Shown here: piece by piece, positions 19,769-30,193 of the stretch | Layout: each line of letters starts with the position of its first letter | Numbering within the stretch: the stretch's first letter is position 1 | Source: Actinomycetes bacterium | GTDB lineage: Bacteria > Actinomycetota > Acidimicrobiia > Acidimicrobiales > Bog-793 | Length of the DNA stretch: 64,000 nucleotides | Assembly: GCA_021798275.1 (NCBI GenBank) | Contig: JAJZMK010000053.1 | Location: forward strand, 1,564 to 65,563 | Direction: 5' to 3' | Program-made: the position numbers and the translations under genes | The notes under the pieces: model-generated | Told to the model about the DNA's origin: nothing | Seen by the model: the letters and a program-made list of their open reading frames with translations, nothing else | Database searches by the model: none

Positions 19769-21583
19769 GTAGGTATAAAAATATATTGCTACTGAGCAAG
19801 CTCATTTAATAGATTCTTCGCTGGTGAAGATTTTGGTAACTTCTGAGATGCTGGGAATGATCTATAGTGGAAGGCCAATGTTGATTTCCCAATTGAAGTG
19901 TAATCTCTTTGATCTTTGTCACAAAGTTCCTGATAAATCCATCCATCATACCTGCATCATGTCCTAGTGGCCTAGTAGTAAGCCTACCTGCTCTGTTAGG
20001 CATCATTTGATCCGCTGCCAGAACTAACTTCCGGTATTTATATTTCAGCGCTTTTCCGGCAGTTGAAAGGGTGATTATTTCGTCTCTTGTGTAGAAATTC
20101 TCATACTGACCTCTCCTGTCGGTGTCGCAGGCCGGTTTTGGTTCGTCTCTGCGGGACTAAAAGCTGCGTTGAGAGGTGTTCTCCCATCCAGATGCTACAT
20201 TGCGAAGCAAAAATAGGCATTATAAATGTTCGTGTCAAGGTTCGCTATCGCTTGATCGATATCATCTGGAAAAGACCGACCCCTTCGGCTCTGGTTCAAG
20301 AGCGTCATGTTATGGTTAGCTCCGGGGACTAGAACGTATTCTCGTTCCGATTAGATCCGATTGAAGACCCAGGCACACCGGTGCACCAGTTAGCTGTCTC
20401 AACCTCGCTCGGAGTAGGTTTGTGTCGCCACAGAGGACCAAAACAGTGAGATCCAGAACCATAGACACACCTAAAAAGCAGCCAAAGTATTAGTCTGCAA
20501 CCAACACAACATAGCTTGAAAGTACAATGACTCTCAATCGAGCCAGGTTCAAGATATATGTGGTGAAGATGAATATTGGCTCGGCCAGTCGCCGTGTAGG
20601 TGGAAGCTATCCGTGAGCCTGTGTTTGGCTGGGTCCGGATCAAAGTGGGGATCTAAAGATTGCGAGCATACCGACTAAAAGCCGAGGTGTAAAAAATTGG
20701 TTCAATCGCTTGAATATTGACGTCCGGCTGGTCAAGTTTCAGCCACACTATATTGGTGAGCGAGGGAACTATTCTAAAGAATAGGTGTTTGTCCTCTACC
20801 CTAGATGCTACCTGGATATATAGCTGTTGTGGAGAAAAGCCAAGCCCAGCATCAATTTGTTAGACATGGTGTTTTGGCATCGCGTTTACGCTCTTGTCTT
20901 AGACAGAGGCCGAAAGTTGTCTGGAACCGGTACTTAGTTTGTCCGGGGACAAGCGGCGGCCAAAGCACCCCGAAGCTGCTGAGTTGGTAAGATTGGGGTG
21001 AGAACGACAATGCCGACAGGAAGTCCCTGGGTCTCTTATCCGGTGGTGGTACCTCCAATCTAAGAATTCCGAGGTTTCAGCCGTACAGGTGGTCAATTCC
21101 TGTCTTACAGCCTCATTCATATGATTTGCGTTGAAGCACTAAATGATTTTGCCATTAGCAATTTAGTTTTGTGGAACAAATAATTTGCTAAGATATCTTC
21201 TACTAAAGAAATAGTATTCAAATGGCATATCTCCTATGGCGATACTGCTTGAGAAGTTGATGAGAGAATGGGTCATTTTTGCTTGTATGTCTTGGCATAA
21301 TTTCTATATAGAGTTCCGTTAGTGATAATGAAGCAGGTAGTGGTGTCTTTTGGTCTTGTTTTGCTTTCTGATTGCGGCGATTTTGATATTGCGGGTAAAA
21401 AGGAATAAGTTACCTCATGAAAAAATTACTTGACTTATCGAGTCGGAGCGGAGACAATAGAATACAAGCTGTATTGCTACACTGTATTTCAGCTTCGATA
21501 ATATGTGATCGAGGTTCGGCTTTTGTAAATAAATATAGTGATGAAGTAGTATCTGGTGGCATTACCAAAAGAACGGGGGGGAA

Positions 21584-24175
21584 ATGCGCCATGAAAATAT
21601 AGGTGCTGACTCTGACCTCATCTCGCAAGGTGACCCACAGGCCATCGGAACCGGTAATGCCAGAGCGGATTTTGCTTTCAACGTACTGTCCTCGGTCTTG
21701 GCAATTTCATCCTTGGTTTTCTTTCTTTCCTTGATGTTCAGTCATTTCAGAGCCAACGTAGATGGGGTGATTGTAACAGCATCCGCATGTGTGGCAATAG
21801 CTTTAGCCATCAAGCTAATCCCATCGAGATACAGACAGCTTGACGATCTACCGTCTTTGGTCAGTATAGGTACGATACTTATAGCTTTTTCTGAGGTATT
21901 TTCACATCAATATTCGGGAGCATATCATATAGTTTTACTCTGGCCTTTTTTGGCCGGATGCGCCTTTTTCACATTAAGGCAGCTAATATCCATTGCTTTG
22001 TTGACGATAGCCTGTGCGTTTGCCACCATTATGCTGCAGATCAACAGCAGCAACCTTTCCACGTCTGCAGGCATATCTCAAGGTGTACTGCTTTTCGCTA
22101 CGCTGGTGCTCCTCGGCGGTATCCTGAGGCTTGTCGAGTCTCGCCTGGCTACATCTCAGCGGGAATTGGAAAGAGTGTTTTCTTCTGCTCCAGGAGGCCT
22201 AGCGTTACTTGGATCTGATGCCAGGTTTACAAGGGTAAATGAACTGTTTTGTCACCTCCTGGGTTTTACCATGCAAGAAGCCATCGGTAAACATGTTACG
22301 GAGGTCATACACAAAGAAGATGATCCAAGTTGGGAGAGAAGGCTTAATTGGTTAAAGCAGGGAAGAATCCCGGAAATAGCAACAGATCAACGTTTCGTAA
22401 GATCTGACGGAGAAGTGTTTTGGGCGCGGGTAAGGACATCGTTGATGCCTGACGGAACAATATTCCTAGAGCTACACGAGCTTCAGGGAGCAGGTATTGT
22501 ATCTTCCAGGAAGGCGGTCAGGGCGGCGTCGGAACTCGACGACTTAACGCAAGTCGCATCCAGGGCCGAATTGATAAAGCAGATAACGTCTTTTCTTGCC
22601 AGGTCTACATCATCAGAAACATGTCCATTCATCCTCATAATTGATCTAGACAGGTTTAGTGAAATTAACGAATCTATGGGTCATGAAAAAGGAGACCTGG
22701 TTCTGATAGCCGTTTCAGAGCGATTGAGTACTAAAATAGAGCCGCCTGAAGTGCTGGGAAGACTTGTCGGAGACAGGTTCGCGGTCCTTTTCCCCGACTG
22801 CAAAAGTGATAAAGAAGCATTGGCTAAATCCAATAAATTGCTTGCTTTATTGAATGAGCCTTTTAATTCCATAGCTGAAGGACTGTCTTTGGGCGCCACA
22901 GCCGGTTTAGCAATGGCCAGAACAGGTATTAGTGCTTCGACTTTGTTGCGAGATGCTGAAATTGCGTTGAAGCGAGCCAAAGATCGCCGCCGTGGCGGCA
23001 TAGCCATTTTTGAGCCGACAATGCGTAAGTCAACGGAACTGCGCTTGGTTCAAGAAAGCGAGCTCAGAGCTGCTGTCGGAAGAGAAGAATTTATAGTCTA
23101 CTATCAGCCGATTGTAGACATAACAACCGGTGAAGTGAACGCTTTGGAAGCTCTTGTGCGTTGGCAACATCCCACCAGGGGTATAGTGATGCCTGGAGAT
23201 TTCATACCCCTGGCCGAAGAACTGGGATTGACTGCTCTGATAGATGAAATAGGAACTTTTGTTTTAGGTAGGGCAACAGCAGATTTGGTACGCTTTCGTA
23301 GAGCCAATCCAAAAGCCGCCAAACTTAGAATGTGCGTAAACCTTTCCGCATACCAATTGGGTCTCGGTCAAGAACTTGTCAACGACGTCTCCTCATTGTT
23401 GTCACAAGCTGGGCTGGGTCGAGGTGACTTGGAGCTGGAACTTACAGAATCTATGTTGATGGACGATCCTTTGGTGCCGGAGACTCTCTCTCAGCTTAGA
23501 AAAGCCGGAGTCGATATAGTGCTTGATGATTTTGGAACTGGATATTCATCTCTCAGTTATCTTTCGCATTATCCGGTTGACGTTGTCAAAGTCGATCAGA
23601 GTTTTGTAGCGGAGCTTGGACAAGATGCCAGAGCGGAAGCTCTCGTTAGGGCAATAGTAGATATGGCTGCCGCTCTCGGACTTAGACTTATTGCCGAAGG
23701 ATCAGAAACGGCAGAGCAGCTCTCAATACTGACCGATATGGGGTGTCGTTACGTCCAGGGATATTTATTTGCCAGGCCTCACCCGGCTAAAGAAGTCATA
23801 CAGCTTCTTGACGGATTTGATATTGTTAAGTACCTGGGGTCAAAAGTTGCCCAATTGGAAACGGCAAATTCGGGTACCCGTTTTGTAAGCCAATCCGTTT
23901 CTCCGCGTTCAGCTTCCGTCAAAAAAGCAAAACAGGTAGAGCAGGTAGTCATTACGGAAGTTGATGCGGAAGCTTTATATGACGCTATGGACAGCGTTCA
24001 ATTCAGCCAACACAATCTTGACACATTTGTCGATGAAAAATATCTGGGTGAAAACGGGGAAAGTAAGAATTCTCTAGGTGAGGAGACAGATAATCCGGAT
24101 GATACAGATCCGGGTGGAAGTGACAAGAAAAAACAGAGCATGAGAGGCAAATTCGGTTTGCGCCACAGTGCCTGA
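21584..24175 (+). CDS. Membrane-anchored PAS-GGDEF(degenerate)-EAL protein, a likely c-di-GMP phosphodiesterase
   Basis: N-terminal TM block, then a PAS-like segment. 'RLVGDRF' replaces RxGGDEF. EAL motifs 'LEALVRW', 'ELTES', 'DDFGTGYSS', 'KVDQSF', 'EGSET' and 'QGYLFARP' are present. Confidence 0.85.
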   Translation: MRHENIGADSDLISQGDPQAIGTGNARADFAFNVLSSVLAISSLVFFLSLMFSHFRANVDGVIVTASACVAIALAIKLIPSRYRQLDDLPSLVSIGTILIAFSEVFSHQYSGAYHIVLLWPFLAGCAFFTLRQLISIALLTIACAFATIMLQINSSNLSTSAGISQGVLLFATLVLLGGILRLVESRLATSQRELERVFSSAPGGLALLGSDARFTRVNELFCHLLGFTMQEAIGKHVTEVIHKEDDPSWERRLNWLKQGRIPEIATDQRFVRSDGEVFWARVRTSLMPDGTIFLELHELQGAGIVSSRKAVRAASELDDLTQVASRAELIKQITSFLARSTSSETCPFILIIDLDRFSEINESMGHEKGDLVLIAVSERLSTKIEPPEVLGRLVGDRFAVLFPDCKSDKEALAKSNKLLALLNEPFNSIAEGLSLGATAGLAMARTGISASTLLRDAEIALKRAKDRRRGGIAIFEPTMRKSTELRLVQESELRAAVGREEFIVYYQPIVDITTGEVNALEALVRWQHPTRGIVMPGDFIPLAEELGLTALIDEIGTFVLGRATADLVRFRRANPKAAKLRMCVNLSAYQLGLGQELVNDVSSLLSQAGLGRGDLELELTESMLMDDPLVPETLSQLRKAGVDIVLDDFGTGYSSLSYLSHYPVDVVKVDQSFVAELGQDARAEALVRAIVDMAAALGLRLIAEGSETAEQLSILTDMGCRYVQGYLFARPHPAKEVIQLLDGFDIVKYLGSKVAQLETANSGTRFVSQSVSPRSASVKKAKQVEQVVITEVDAEALYDAMDSVQFSQHNLDTFVDEKYLGENGESKNSLGEETDNPDDTDPGGSDKKKQSMRGKFGLRHSA

Positions 24176-24363
24176 TGGCTGTATATATCCGAGAAGAACA
24201 TTAGTCAACCCTACAATCTGTTTTACCTCGCTGTTATCAAGATTTACTGTGCGGGTAGGAGCAGATGTGTCAAATGTCAATTTCATGTTTCTAAAAGTGC
24301 GAAACATGAAAATAGGGAAGCCTCTTTTAGTATAGGACTTATCATAAGGGGTACATTTTGCTA

Positions 24364-24399
24364 TTGGCTTTGATTGCCTACTAGTTCTATCAAAGCCAA
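24364..24399. terminator. Perfect 11-bp stem / 14-nt loop hairpin between convergent genes, with no U-tract
   Basis: ttggctttgat-(14 nt)-atcaaagccaa, read directly. Confidence 0.35.
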
Positions 24400-24487
24400 A
24401 TTGTGGCCGGCAGTTTACCAGAAGGAAAAGCTATAGCTATGATTCATGCTTAGTTGTTTTTGCAAAGGCTTTTTAATCGGGACTTTT

Positions 24488-25618
24488 TCAACCCTCTGGG
24501 TTTGTGACGTGTGCTTCCTGAGCCATTTCCTGTATAACTTTTCGCCCACTTCGCATACGAGATCCTTTTTCGACGCGCAATGAGATATAAGCTACAGTCC
24601 CGAGCGGAATAGGGAGCCAGTAATTGACAAATCGCCAACCAAGCACAGCCAGCAGGGCTATGCTATAGGGTACCCCAAAACTTGCCAGAAGTCCTGACGA
24701 TACCGACTCAACTATCAATAGTCCTCCCGGCGTGATAGGTATGACAGCCATTACATTGGCTACGCCATAGGCTACAAATAGTTCAAAAGGAAGTACGAAA
24801 TGTCCGAACGAGGCCAAAAAAGCCCATAAAGAGGCTGCGTCAAACAGCCAATTGAGCGCGGCCCAAAATATTGCCGACTTCAATCTATCTCTGTCGCCTC
24901 CGAGATTGCGTAGCGAAGAGCTTACTTTGAGAACAAAACGGTTTACTTGTTCTTCGGTAATTTTTGGTATCGGCCTAAATATGGCTTGCAAGATTCTGGT
25001 TGTTACCGTCTCGCCTTTGACGAGAGCAAATACCAAAATACCTATCATGAGTAACGCTATAAGTCCTATCAAAAGGGCTATGGATTCGTAGGCGGAATGC
25101 AAACCGGCTATCGGGATTGAAATAAAGATAGAAATCCATAGAAGAATATTCAAGACTACGGCAGAACCTATTCCCTGGGTGGCTATAGCAAATGCTGCGT
25201 CTTGCTTGGGAACCCCCCGGCTTGTTAATAATCGAAATCCAAGACCGGCACTTCCCGCCGTGCCACCGGGGACTATATGCGCTATTGCATTTCCAGCTAA
25301 GTCTATTCTAAAAATTGTAAACAATTTGGGTGGGTTTGTGGGAAGAAGAGATCTACTTAATATGGCGTAAGCCCAGAGCGAAGCACCTTCCAACAAGAAG
25401 CCGGCTATGATCCAGAAGGGGTTTATTCTGCTTAGAGAATTCAAGTGTTTACCGGCTATAGCCAATTTTGGTATCACCAAGTACTCAACCAAAATTGCAA
25501 TGATGAATAAAGTTGCTCCGTGTCGCAGAGGAGCCGGAATATGTGGCTTATGCCAGGATTTTTTATCGCTACGAGGAGTAGTCTCTCTTGTGGCTACATC
25601 CGATTTTTGTTTATGCAT
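24488..25618 (-). CDS. Multi-pass membrane protein, flippase-like / lysyl-PG-synthase-TM-like (UPF0104) family
   Basis: About 8 TM segments with a basic N-terminus. The family assignment is from overall resemblance only. Confidence 0.5.
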   Translation of the reverse strand: MHKQKSDVATRETTPRSDKKSWHKPHIPAPLRHGATLFIIAILVEYLVIPKLAIAGKHLNSLSRINPFWIIAGFLLEGASLWAYAILSRSLLPTNPPKLFTIFRIDLAGNAIAHIVPGGTAGSAGLGFRLLTSRGVPKQDAAFAIATQGIGSAVVLNILLWISIFISIPIAGLHSAYESIALLIGLIALLMIGILVFALVKGETVTTRILQAIFRPIPKITEEQVNRFVLKVSSSLRNLGGDRDRLKSAIFWAALNWLFDAASLWAFLASFGHFVLPFELFVAYGVANVMAVIPITPGGLLIVESVSSGLLASFGVPYSIALLAVLGWRFVNYWLPIPLGTVAYISLRVEKGSRMRSGRKVIQEMAQEAHVTNPEG

Positions 25619-25867
25619 ATGTTTTATTTTGATTTACATCCATCATTTTTCGTATTTTTCATACAAAATCCTGACTTTGTCCTTTCGCTTGTTGTAAATA
25701 TGCAGTGACCGGCAGACTATCTTGATCAGAATCTCCCGTCCGCCGTTATACCGTTTGTGCCAGTATAGCAAAAGTCTTCAAGATGCAAAGGATCCTTAGT
25801 ATAAGGCATCATCAAACAACAGATAAGCGGTATTTGAACTCATTTTTTGATCGACTATCTTAGGTGT

Positions 25868-27214
25868 CTAAGGTCTGACTATAGCGGCAAGGAGAGCCTG
25901 TAGTTTCAACTGGGTCTCCGTCAATTCGTCGGCGGGGTTTGAATCTTTTACGATACCAACTCCGGCAATTAAAGTAGCTTTATTTTTTTCTATTTTTGCC
26001 GACCTGATTCCCAAATAGAATTCCCCGTCTCCGCCCTTTCGAACAAAGCCTATGGGTGCACTGTAATAGCCTCTCGTCAAATTTTCAAGTCGCTCGATAG
26101 CTTCCAGTGCTTGCTTTTGGGGTATTCCGGCTACAGCCGGAGTGGGGTGAAGTATGCTGACCAATCTTAGAACACTCGGGTAAGGTGCTTTGAGTTGAGC
26201 AGAAATGGTACTTTTTAAATGTGTTACATTGCGCAAGAAAAGGGGTTCTGGATATGGGTGGGAAGGCTGAGTCTTGCAAAATCCAGACAGTTTCTCTATG
26301 ATGTCTTTGACAACATATCCATGTTCGGCCAAGTTTTTTTCAGAAGTTGCCAGATCGTCGGCCAGCCTCTTGTCCTCATCTATCGTTCCCGATCTTGCGA
26401 CGGTTCCGGCCAGAGGCGAGGAGATAATCTGATCTCCATCGCGCTGTATCAATAGCTCGGGGCTCGCTCCCACGAAGCCGTCGATGGCAAAAGTTAGACA
26501 GGTAGGATGGAGTGTGCGAAGTCTTTCCAATATTACCCGCCTATTGAATGCTCTGTTGGCAGTGACCGTTACTTCTCTGGCCAGTACTATTTTTGTCAAA
26601 ACATTATTTTTGATCAGGTCTAACCCGTCTTTGACTGTGCTTAGGAAGTTTTCATGACTAAAAGATGTACTAAGGTGAAATTCGTCCGGGCATAGACGTT
26701 CTTTTGTTGGAGCTTTAGCTTTGAAGTAATCAGATAGCTCTCTGTATATATCAATCAAATCATCAGTAGGGGATACAACAATGACAATAGGGCGGTTGTT
26801 GGCTTTCTTGATAAATGTTACTTTTGGGATGTACAGTTTGGTCGGAGCATTTGGCAAAAAATCAAATGCTCCTATGGCCATCGGATAAAAAGTCTCTTCT
26901 GTTTGCTCGCTCCCCGGTAAATCAGGGCTGCCGGTTATCACGGCGTGCTCTTTGTCTGCTGACTTGCCGTCTTTGTCTAGACCAGAGATATCTACTCGCA
27001 GGAGGGAGTCTAATGTAGTTTGGACAGTTTCTAAAGTTTCGATATCTGCCAGGCCGCGATCTATGTAGAAGGTGTGGGCGACATCGAAGGCAAAGATAGA
27101 CAGGGCGTCATTTTCTAAGACCATGCCATCGGAGTAGGCATAATTCTTGGCTTTTGCAAATTCTAAATCCGATATAAATCTACCGAAATAATACAGCTTA
27201 TTCTTATCAGTCAT
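25868..27214 (-). CDS. menF: Isochorismate synthase
   Basis: Chorismate-binding C-terminus 'GYYSAPIGF', 'YLGIRSA', 'AGVGIVKDSNPADELTETQLK'. It overlaps the stop of the menG-like gene. Confidence 0.75.
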   Translation of the reverse strand: MTDKNKLYYFGRFISDLEFAKAKNYAYSDGMVLENDALSIFAFDVAHTFYIDRGLADIETLETVQTTLDSLLRVDISGLDKDGKSADKEHAVITGSPDLPGSEQTEETFYPMAIGAFDFLPNAPTKLYIPKVTFIKKANNRPIVIVVSPTDDLIDIYRELSDYFKAKAPTKERLCPDEFHLSTSFSHENFLSTVKDGLDLIKNNVLTKIVLAREVTVTANRAFNRRVILERLRTLHPTCLTFAIDGFVGASPELLIQRDGDQIISSPLAGTVARSGTIDEDKRLADDLATSEKNLAEHGYVVKDIIEKLSGFCKTQPSHPYPEPLFLRNVTHLKSTISAQLKAPYPSVLRLVSILHPTPAVAGIPQKQALEAIERLENLTRGYYSAPIGFVRKGGDGEFYLGIRSAKIEKNKATLIAGVGIVKDSNPADELTETQLKLQALLAAIVRP

Positions 27215-27972
27215 TGAGTTTGTTCTTTCTCGACATTTATCGCAACGCGTGCCTTCGGATAGTTTTTTGTACGACTTTTGCTTGCTAAAAATACCTGTAC
27301 CAGCCCACCCGATATTTCTCGGTGTGTTATTTGTGAGAAGCCGACCTTCGCTGCTAACTGTTGGAAATCCTGTTTGCTTGGTAAATATGCGACAGAGCGC
27401 GGTAAATAGTCATAGGCATTTTTATCCGATAAAATCTTGCCTATCAAAGGTACCGCATGTTTGAACCATATATTGTTGGCAAAGCTGATTAAAGCCGAAC
27501 CGGGTTGTCCAACATCGAGTAAAGCTATCCTGCCACCAGGAATAAGTATTCTAAATACTTCCCGTAGAACCAGTTCCGGTTCCGTAAAATTGCGGAGAGC
27601 AAATCCGCTTACCACGGCAGATATACTTTCGTCTTTGATCGGAAGCAGTTCGCCGCGGGCTTGAATAAGATTACCGGTATCCAATTTGGCATTTTGCATC
27701 ATGGCCAACGATAAGTCTACTCCTACGGTCTTTATGTTTTTAGCAGACAGAGTTTTCATGAAATCTCCCGTACCGCAGGCAAGATCTAAGACGACGTCCA
27801 TCTTCTCAAGGGTGCCAAGCAGCATATCAAGCGTTCTACGGCGCCAATAGGTATCAAGGCCTAGGGATATAAAACTATTTAGAAGGTCGTATCTATTGGC
27901 GATGTCGTCAAACATTCCTTGAACAAAACGGGTTTTCTCATCTCCCAGGGGAAGAAAGGATGTATTGCTCAC
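27211..27972 (-). CDS. menG: Demethylmenaquinone / ubiquinone-menaquinone methyltransferase (UbiE/MenG)
   Basis: 'MFDDIANRYDLLN', SAM motif 'VLDLACGTGD', 'ALRNF'. I prefer the GTG at 27972 (AGAAGGA 8 nt upstream). The ORF-track start at 28104 adds an atypical 44-aa extension. Confidence 0.8.
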   Translation of the reverse strand: MSNTSFLPLGDEKTRFVQGMFDDIANRYDLLNSFISLGLDTYWRRRTLDMLLGTLEKMDVVLDLACGTGDFMKTLSAKNIKTVGVDLSLAMMQNAKLDTGNLIQARGELLPIKDESISAVVSGFALRNFTEPELVLREVFRILIPGGRIALLDVGQPGSALISFANNIWFKHAVPLIGKILSDKNAYDYLPRSVAYLPSKQDFQQLAAKVGFSQITHREISGGLVQVFLASKSRTKNYPKARVAINVEKEQTQ

Positions 27973-28261
27973 AAAACCGGTCCTTCTCGCAGATTTGATA
28001 GGAGGTTCTTCACAATTACCTATAATAAAGCCAAACAAATACCAAAAAGCCCATAAATCTAAAACATGTTCACCCGAGTAAGTGAAAGAGGGAGCGAAAG
28101 TCAAAAAGTATTATCTGAGTGATAGATATATGAGGTTTATGAACGATTTCTATGAAGTAGGCGCTCTCTTTCGAGAAACACTATTTCTATAGGGCTTTTG
28201 AATTTAGCTTTTATTATTGCCGGGAAGTTATGACTAAGGTCTGCCTAGCGGCTTTTAGTTC

Positions 28262-28627
28262 TTACTTAAACCATGTCTTATAATAAGTCCTACTCATGGG
28301 GTGCAGCAGGAGAACTATCAGGGCGACGGTAAAGATAATATTGATGATGTTTACCGAAGCTAAGCCGTAAGAGAGAGCCAAGATCAAAGATAAAACCGAT
28401 ACTCCGACACCGGCAAAGTACCCCCATTTTTTCTCATTGGAGATACCGTATCCACCGGCAAGGTTGCCCGCCAGAAGTAAAATTGCTATTAGTCCGTATC
28501 CGCCGTAAGCGAGACCGCTGATCAGTCCCAGAAAACCGGTCAGATACAGCATCCAAACGGCTGCTTGGAGAGTCTGCGGTTGATTAGCAGGGAAAAATTT
28601 ACGTTCTACGGGTTGTGGATATGCCAT
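28262..28627 (-). CDS. Small membrane protein of unknown function (3-4 TM)
   Basis: Hydrophobic and Gly-rich segments. An ATG start at 28627 ('MAYPQPVERKF') is preferred over the longer ORF. Confidence 0.5.
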   Translation of the reverse strand: MAYPQPVERKFFPANQPQTLQAAVWMLYLTGFLGLISGLAYGGYGLIAILLLAGNLAGGYGISNEKKWGYFAGVGVSVLSLILALSYGLASVNIINIIFTVALIVLLLHPMSRTYYKTWFK

Positions 28628-29437
28628 ATAAATATTTTGCCACGTCTTTATCTGCCATAGTATGCAAGAGGTCATTTTTTTATTTAATATCGGGAACAAT
28701 AATTTCCTGGTTTTTTACGCTTTGAGATGACCCCAACAGTTCGGCTCTTTGATGCCTTGATAGAGCCATCAACGGATATTTTATTCAGGTAGTAAAAAGA
28801 TGTCCATACGGATAAGTACTGATCAAATGGGCTTATTCCCATACCTGTAGACAAGCCTTTACGTCGTATTTGATAATTGTATAAATAACATTTCTATTCC
28901 TGTGTCCGCTATAGCCAAGTAACGCTCCGCACCTTCATTACTTTTCCCAAAAAGCGGAAGTCTCCGTCTGATTCGACTCTTTGGCGGTGTAATTGATTTC
29001 TATCTATCAAACCGATACATACTTATCGCACAGAGGAAAAGTGTGCTGGTGATAAAAGCTGAGCCAAGGACTATAGCGGTACCGATCAAGCTCAATTATC
29101 AGAGTGGAAATATCTGAGGAGTTGGGATTTGCTACAGCTGTGGCGTCAGCCAGGTATTTATCAAGGACTGTTTTCCTCAAACAGGGGTCTTTTCTAGGGT
29201 ATCAACCAGTTCTAACTTTTGCTACCGTCTCGTTTTTACCGAGTACATGTAATGCACGTTATATCTGTTAGGGGCTTAAGGCCCTCGATAAATGGTCTTA
29301 ATATCCTATGAGTATTAGGTATAGATAGCTGCATAATTGCTAATTGACATCAATGATTGAAAACTGGATACGAGGGTGGTGGGTTATGAATTGGCCGGAA
29401 AGTTAATTCTTTCCATGATGTGATAACGGAGGAAATA

Positions 29438-30136
29438 ATGGGCGGATTGGGAATTATGGAATATGAAGAAATAGGTTTGCGAGCCAAACACAAATTAGAT
29501 ACTAAACTTAGAATAGAAAAAGCAGCCTCCGAACTATTCGGCAAATACGGTTTTCAGGCTACGACAATTGAAATGATTGCCTCTGCTGTCGACATATCCC
29601 CAAGGACTATATTTAGGTATTTCGAATCAAAAGAAGACTTACTACTGGCAAAGGTCATAGCTTCACTTGATGAAATTATCAAAGTTTTGCAAAACCAGCC
29701 ACCGGAGGAGTCATGCCTGGAAGCTTTTAAGAGATCTATGCTCGATGTGCTCACCAAAGAAAATACCGGATTGGCAACCGTGGTCAACAGTGCGATGAGG
29801 GAAATCGGCACGGAACGTACTACTGCCAGATTGATTACAAGCTTACATCACTGGGAAAATGATGTAGCAAACATATTTTGTGAAAGAATAAAAATACCTG
29901 ATAATCTGACTTCGTTTTCCGAAACAGAGATCAAACAGGGTTTTTCGGCAGAAGAATACAATTCTTATATAACAAAGATTAACAATACTAAATTGCTCGC
30001 CGCTATCGGAACGTCAATATTTAGAACCATATTTACTTATGACGAAAATCATCTCTCAGATAAAATTTATTCAAATTGGCTTGAAGCTCAAATAAAATCC
30101 TCCTTTTATTTCCTGGAAAGCGGTTGTGAAATATAA
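29438..30136 (+). CDS. TetR family transcriptional regulator
   Basis: HTH 'TTIEMIASAVDISPRTIFRYFESKEDLL'. The ATG at 29438 has GGAGG 5-6 nt upstream. Confidence 0.8.
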   Translation: MGGLGIMEYEEIGLRAKHKLDTKLRIEKAASELFGKYGFQATTIEMIASAVDISPRTIFRYFESKEDLLLAKVIASLDEIIKVLQNQPPEESCLEAFKRSMLDVLTKENTGLATVVNSAMREIGTERTTARLITSLHHWENDVANIFCERIKIPDNLTSFSETEIKQGFSAEEYNSYITKINNTKLLAAIGTSIFRTIFTYDENHLSDKIYSNWLEAQIKSSFYFLESGCEI

Positions 30137-30150
30137 AGCGGTAATAATGA

Positions 30151-30185
30151 CATAGTGCTTATCCAAATAAAGGGTAAGAACTATG
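30151..30185. terminator. 14-bp stem hairpin (1 mismatch, 1 G-U) between the convergent TetR and rlmN genes
   Basis: catagtgcttatcc-aaataaa-gggtaagaactatg, read directly. No U-tract. Confidence 0.4.
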
Positions 30186-30193
30186 CGGAGAGT

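Noticed and set aside
20940-21060. RNase P / SRP / tmRNA-like fragments ('caggaagtccctggg', 'ggtaagattggggtgagaa', 'ggtggtggtacctcc') in a GC-richer, ORF-poor patch
   Set aside because: The pieces only loosely resemble GGAAAGTCCGGGC and GGTAAGGGTGAAA, and they occur in the wrong order for RNase P RNA. I could not find P4 pairing, the ACAGAACCCGGCTTA element, a tmRNA tag ORF or a CCA-type 3' end on either strand.
21328-21408. 26-aa hydrophobic mini-ORF (MKQVVVSFGLVLLSDCGDFDIAGKRNK) upstream of the EAL gene
   Set aside because: It has no Shine-Dalgarno sequence, and 'LSDC' is not a canonical lipobox. It cannot be told apart from chance.
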